DNA of 35,030 nucleotides from an uncultured Clostridium sp. (GTDB lineage Bacteria; Bacillota; Clostridia; TANB77; CAG-508): NCBI GenBank assembly GCA_964487865.1, contig CAZASP010000001.1, positions 1 to 35,030 of the forward strand, read 5' to 3'. Shown piece by piece: positions 33,613 to 35,030 of this stretch (position 1 is its first letter; each line of letters starts with the position of its first letter). The notes under the pieces were generated by a model. It saw only the letters and a program-made list of their open reading frames with translations, ran no database searches and was not told where the DNA came from. The position numbers and the translations under genes were made by a program.

Positions 33613-34219
33613 TTGTTTTAATCTCCTTTTCTTTTATTTTTTTTATTAGTTCACTTGCCTTTTGAACTGGCAAATCTTCTAGTTTAGTTATTTTATTTGA
33701 TTCTAATAATTTACTTAGCAACTCTCCTGTGTAATATTTTGATAAATATTCAATTTGTTTTGGTGTTGCGTTAATTTTCTTCTCGGGTTCTTTTTCTTTA
33801 GAATTTTCAACTTTACCACTTTCAGAATCGAACATATCGTTTTCGATAATATCAAAAGCTGTCATATACAAATATCTTCTTGAATAAGTCTCAACTCCTC
33901 CTAATGCTTGTATCTCGTTGCAACCTTTAAGAACTAAACTTCTCATCGGACTTGTATATTCTTCAACTTGATCGGGCTTATCACTGTTGATTATTCTTAA
34001 AATTGCCATCTCATTTGTGAACGTAACTTTTGTGAATAAACCCACTTCATTACAAAGGCTTATTATTGTTGGTGTAAAATCTGCTAGCTCGTAATATTTA
34101 AAACTAGCATATTTGTTTTCACCAGTCTTTTTTAAATTAGCATCCAATAATTTTTGTTTTACTATTTGAATTTTTTTATAAATACTCATATTAGAATAAT
34201 CTAACTTCATCTCATTCAT
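33605..34219 (-). CDS. erf: Erf-family single-strand annealing protein
   Basis: KYASFKYYELADFTPTII...ALGGVETYSRRYLYMTAFDI matches the Erf hallmark (Y.s...i......G..tY.rRY.l). Confidence 0.75.
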   Translation of the reverse strand: MNEMKLDYSNMSIYKKIQIVKQKLLDANLKKTGENKYASFKYYELADFTPTIISLCNEVGLFTKVTFTNEMAILRIINSDKPDQVEEYTSPMRSLVLKGCNEIQALGGVETYSRRYLYMTAFDIIENDMFDSESGKVENSKEKEPEKKINATPKQIEYLSKYYTGELLSKLLESNKITKLEDLPVQKASELIKKIKEKEIKTNE

Positions 34220-34550
34220 ATTTAACTCCTAAATCTTTCATAATTTTTTTAAAAAGATTTTTTAACTTCCCATAACTAGGCTCTTTTTTAACATCGACTA
34301 TAACCATAGCCAAAATTTGTATTATCTCATCTTCATCTAGTTTTTTTTGTCTTATTAAACTATTAAATATTTGTGCTAAATCATTCATTACATCAAGTTT
34401 AGTACCTAAAATTATACCCTTTGACTCTGTTGCTAGCAAAACTGTGTGCTTTGCTTCATCAAGTATTTCTTTAGCTACAATTTTTCTTTTTTCAAATTCT
34501 TTCTTATTTTTTTCTCTTGCATCTTTTAAATTTTTCAATAATTCTTCCAT
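34212..34550 (-). CDS. Hypothetical protein
   Basis: 112-aa ORF. Confidence 0.45.
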   Translation of the reverse strand: MEELLKNLKDAREKNKKEFEKRKIVAKEILDEAKHTVLLATESKGIILGTKLDVMNDLAQIFNSLIRQKKLDEDEIIQILAMVIVDVKKEPSYGKLKNLFKKIMKDLGVKYE

Positions 34551-34590
34551 TTTAAATCTCCTTTTTAATTAATTTTTTTTTAGATATCTT

Positions 34591-34887
34591 CTAATCTTTT
34601 TTTGAACTCAGAAAGGTTATTTTTGTCGCATATAAAATTTTTCCTGCCTCAATATATCCAGATACCCCAATTATGTCTCCTTTTTCACAATACTCAACAA
34701 TTGTATTAACAAACTTCTTATCAACTTTTACATTTAAAAAATCTGTTTCATAATCTCCATTTTCATTTTTAAAATCTCTTGGAACTGCCAAGAATATTGT
34801 TAATTCTTTTTTTGTTTCATCGGCTCCTATGATTTCTGTATATTCAGGCTTTTCAGCCAATACTCCCACAATTGAAAAATAATTCAT
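34591..34887 (-). CDS. Short SSB-like OB-fold protein lacking an acidic tail
   Basis: MNYFSIVGVLAEKPEY... resembles the N-terminus of an SSB OB fold. 98 aa. Confidence 0.4.
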   Translation of the reverse strand: MNYFSIVGVLAEKPEYTEIIGADETKKELTIFLAVPRDFKNENGDYETDFLNVKVDKKFVNTIVEYCEKGDIIGVSGYIEAGKILYATKITFLSSKKD

Positions 34888-34899
34888 ATATCCTCCTAA

Positions 34900-35030
34900 T
34901 TAAAAATCTTTTAAAATTTCTTCCATTTCTTCCAAACCATCTTCATTTTTTTCAATTTTTTTATCAAACCAAATTGGCAAATCTTGATTAGTTTTCTCTT
35001 TGTTCAATCTAATTTTTTCTAAACAACTTT
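34900..35030 (-). CDS. 3' end of a gene truncated by the window edge
   Basis: Open minus-strand frame ...LEKIRLNKEKTNQDLPIWFDKKIEKNEDGLEEMEEILKDF-stop, followed by the GGAGG RBS of the next gene. Confidence 0.4.
   Translation of the reverse strand, partial: SCLEKIRLNKEKTNQDLPIWFDKKIEKNEDGLEEMEEILKDF

Noticed and set aside
1..35030. Integrase, excisionase, CI/Cro-type repressor, att sites, transposase or IS elements
   Set aside because: None is recognisable in the window. Whether this is an integrated prophage or a free phage genome therefore cannot be decided from this sequence. A minus-strand ATG at 14 (MKDAT...) leaves the window immediately and cannot be assessed.

Overview
This AT-rich window (GC not computed; TGA is used as a stop codon) reads as most of a siphovirus-type phage or prophage of a low-GC Firmicute, probably Clostridia-like. 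All but one convincing gene is on the minus strand, so transcription runs right to left.

Gene order, from high to low coordinates:
- Recombination module: SSB-like OB-fold protein, Erf, PD-(D/E)XK nuclease, SSB, NinB-like protein.
- A run of small early ORFs.
- A sigma-70 region-4-like late activator, then tRNA-Gln(UUG).
- A ParB-N/DUF4417 protein.
- Three genes that share an MGGRGA N-terminus. One looks like a RadC/JAB protein, one is a His-rich unknown, and one is a C3-like ADP-ribosyltransferase.
- terS, terL, portal and MuF.
- A second ART-like gene split by a -1 frameshift.
- An HExxH peptidase, scaffold, major capsid and connector proteins.
- Tail tube, a chaperone with a -1 frame extension, and the tape measure.
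- Dit/Tal-like proteins and a DUF859/collar-like receptor-binding protein.
- An (AACG)14 microsatellite beside a near-consensus promoter, then three tail-fibre paralogs.
- The holin/endolysin cassette.
- A separately promoted Panacea (DUF4065)-like gene coupled to a membrane protein.
- A convergent plus-strand HNH-like gene.

No integrase, repressor, transposase, rRNA or CRISPR array is visible.

Most interesting candidates:
1. The MGGRGA-tagged effector trio.
2. The Panacea-like/membrane-protein pair, a candidate toxin-antitoxin or abortive-infection system.
3. The tetranucleotide repeat upstream of the fibre genes, a possible phase-variation switch.
4. The frameshifted ART gene.
5. A 26-bp perfect palindrome within a dense hairpin cluster in the head module.

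All family assignments rest on motif recognition by eye and gene order. No database search was run.
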